Below are positions 62,908 through 64,000 of a DNA stretch of 64,000 nucleotides, piece after piece. Position 1 is the first letter of the stretch, and every line of letters starts with the position of its first letter. The DNA is from Vicugna vicugna (Eukaryota): the NCBI GenBank assembly GCA_013265495.1, contig MU062356.1:6854310-6918309 (forward strand), given 5' to 3'. The notes beneath the pieces are model-generated. The model was given only the letters and a program-made list of their open reading frames with translations. It was not told the DNA's origin and did no database searches. A program made the position numbers and the translations under genes.

Positions 62908-63144
62908 NNNNNNNNNNNNNNNNNNNNNNNNNNNNNNNNNNNNNNNNNNNNNNNNNNNNNNNNNNNNNNNNNNNNNNNNNNNNNNNNNNNNNNNNNNNNN
63001 NNNNNNNNNNNNNNNNNNNNNNNNNNNNNNNNNNNNNNNNNNNNNNNNNNNNNNNNNNNNNNNNNNNNNNNNNNNNNNNNNNNNNNNNNNNNNNNNNNNN
63101 NNNNNNNNNNNNNNNNNNNNNNNNNNNNNNNNNNNNNNNNNNNN
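62908..63144. other. N block (237 nt)
   Basis: Run of N. Confidence 1.
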
Positions 63145-63249
63145 TAACCATTCTGCCTTCAATTTAACATTCTGGAACCCGGGGCAAAATGTTTAGTGAG
63201 TAACTACATGAAACTACTGCAGTGTGAAACTATGATTGGATATTGACCT

Positions 63250-63390
63250 AACATCTGACCCTACCTCTTATTAGCTTCCTGAAGCCTCCGTTTCTTTATC
63301 TGTAAAGTGGGGATGATGTTACCAGCCCCGCTTTTGTCACATTGTTTGTATGGATCAAATAAAATTATGAACATGAACATGTTTTGATAT
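63250..63390 (+). mobile_element. MIR fragment
   Basis: gcctccgtttctttatctgtaaagtggggatgatg. Confidence 0.7.
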
Positions 63391-63559
63391 TCAGGAACCT
63401 ACCACATACATTATTGTTATACCATCTTCTGTGAACACATTTTTGGGATACTGAATTAAAAAAAGAAGAAATCACATGAAAATAACTAGCAAAGTTTATA
63501 GTTACAACACTTGAGTTTTGAGTCTAGTGACTAAATCAATTTAAAAATGACATCATTTT

Positions 63560-63825
63560 AAATAACTGTGGTTAATGGGGGGGAAGGGGGTGAAAAGTTT
63601 GGGATTAACAGATATACATTACTATATATAAAATAGATAAACAACAAGGACCTACTGTATATCATAGGGAACTGTATTCAGTTTCTTGTAATGAGCTGTA
63701 ATGGAAAAGAATCTGAAAAAAATGTATGTTTGTATAGGTATAACTGAATTGCTTTGCTGAACAATTGATGCCAACATTGTAAATCTACTACACTTCAATA
63801 AAAAATAAGAATTAAAAAATAAATT
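63560..63825 (+). mobile_element. 5'-truncated cetartiodactyl-type L1
   Basis: gtttgggattaacagatatac...aacaacaaggacctactgtat...cttcaataaaaaa; 16-bp TSD aaaatgacatcatttt (63544-63559) / aaaatgacatgatttt (63826-63841). Confidence 0.9.
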
Positions 63826-64000
63826 AAAATGACATGATTTTTATCTCCTAGGTCAAAACTCCCAAAGGAAAATTGGAGATGACTAGAAGAAAAGGGTGGT
63901 GTTAAATCCTTTGTTGACACCCCTCCCGGTGTCTTGCACATGGGAGATGCTTAAAAGCTACATAATGAATCTACATTAATGCACAATATTTTAGTAGTGA

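Noticed and set aside
1-64000. CRISPR arrays, operons, prokaryotic or phage defence systems, rRNA
   Set aside because: The sequence is mammalian with typical eutherian repeats; no regularly spaced repeat-spacer array or dense ORF structure.

Overview
Eutherian mammalian genomic DNA, most likely a camelid (alpaca/camel). The inference rests on two tRNA-derived SINEs of the Vic-1 type and cetartiodactyl-type L1 3' ends, with no Alu, B1, Bov-tA/BovB, PRE1, CHR, ERE or SINEC copies noticed. The window is essentially intergenic and dominated by old repeats: about 14 MaLR (MLT1) LTRs, ERVL LTRs, one LTR16/ERVL provirus remnant with recognisable gag, protease-region and RT sequence (27.4-31.7 kb), L1/L2/MIR fragments, and DNA-transposon MITEs (MER53, MER3, MER58A, MER96B, MER20, Tigger1 derivative). 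There is also a full-length U6 snRNA pseudogene (19611-19716, minus) and six N blocks. No protein-coding gene could be identified with confidence; the ORF track is mostly chance ORFs, repeat remnants or N artefacts. The best gene-like signal is a CpG-rich TATA promoter with a putative first exon and strong splice donor at about 61.5-62.0 kb (+ strand, gene not recognised), preceded by enhancer-like repeat-poor blocks. The most speculative but intriguing signal is a 146-codon minus-strand open frame (4095-4535) starting with a degenerate homeodomain helix-3 motif. I found no evidence for a new biological system. Repeat family names come from recalled consensus sequences and boundaries are approximate unless TSDs are quoted.
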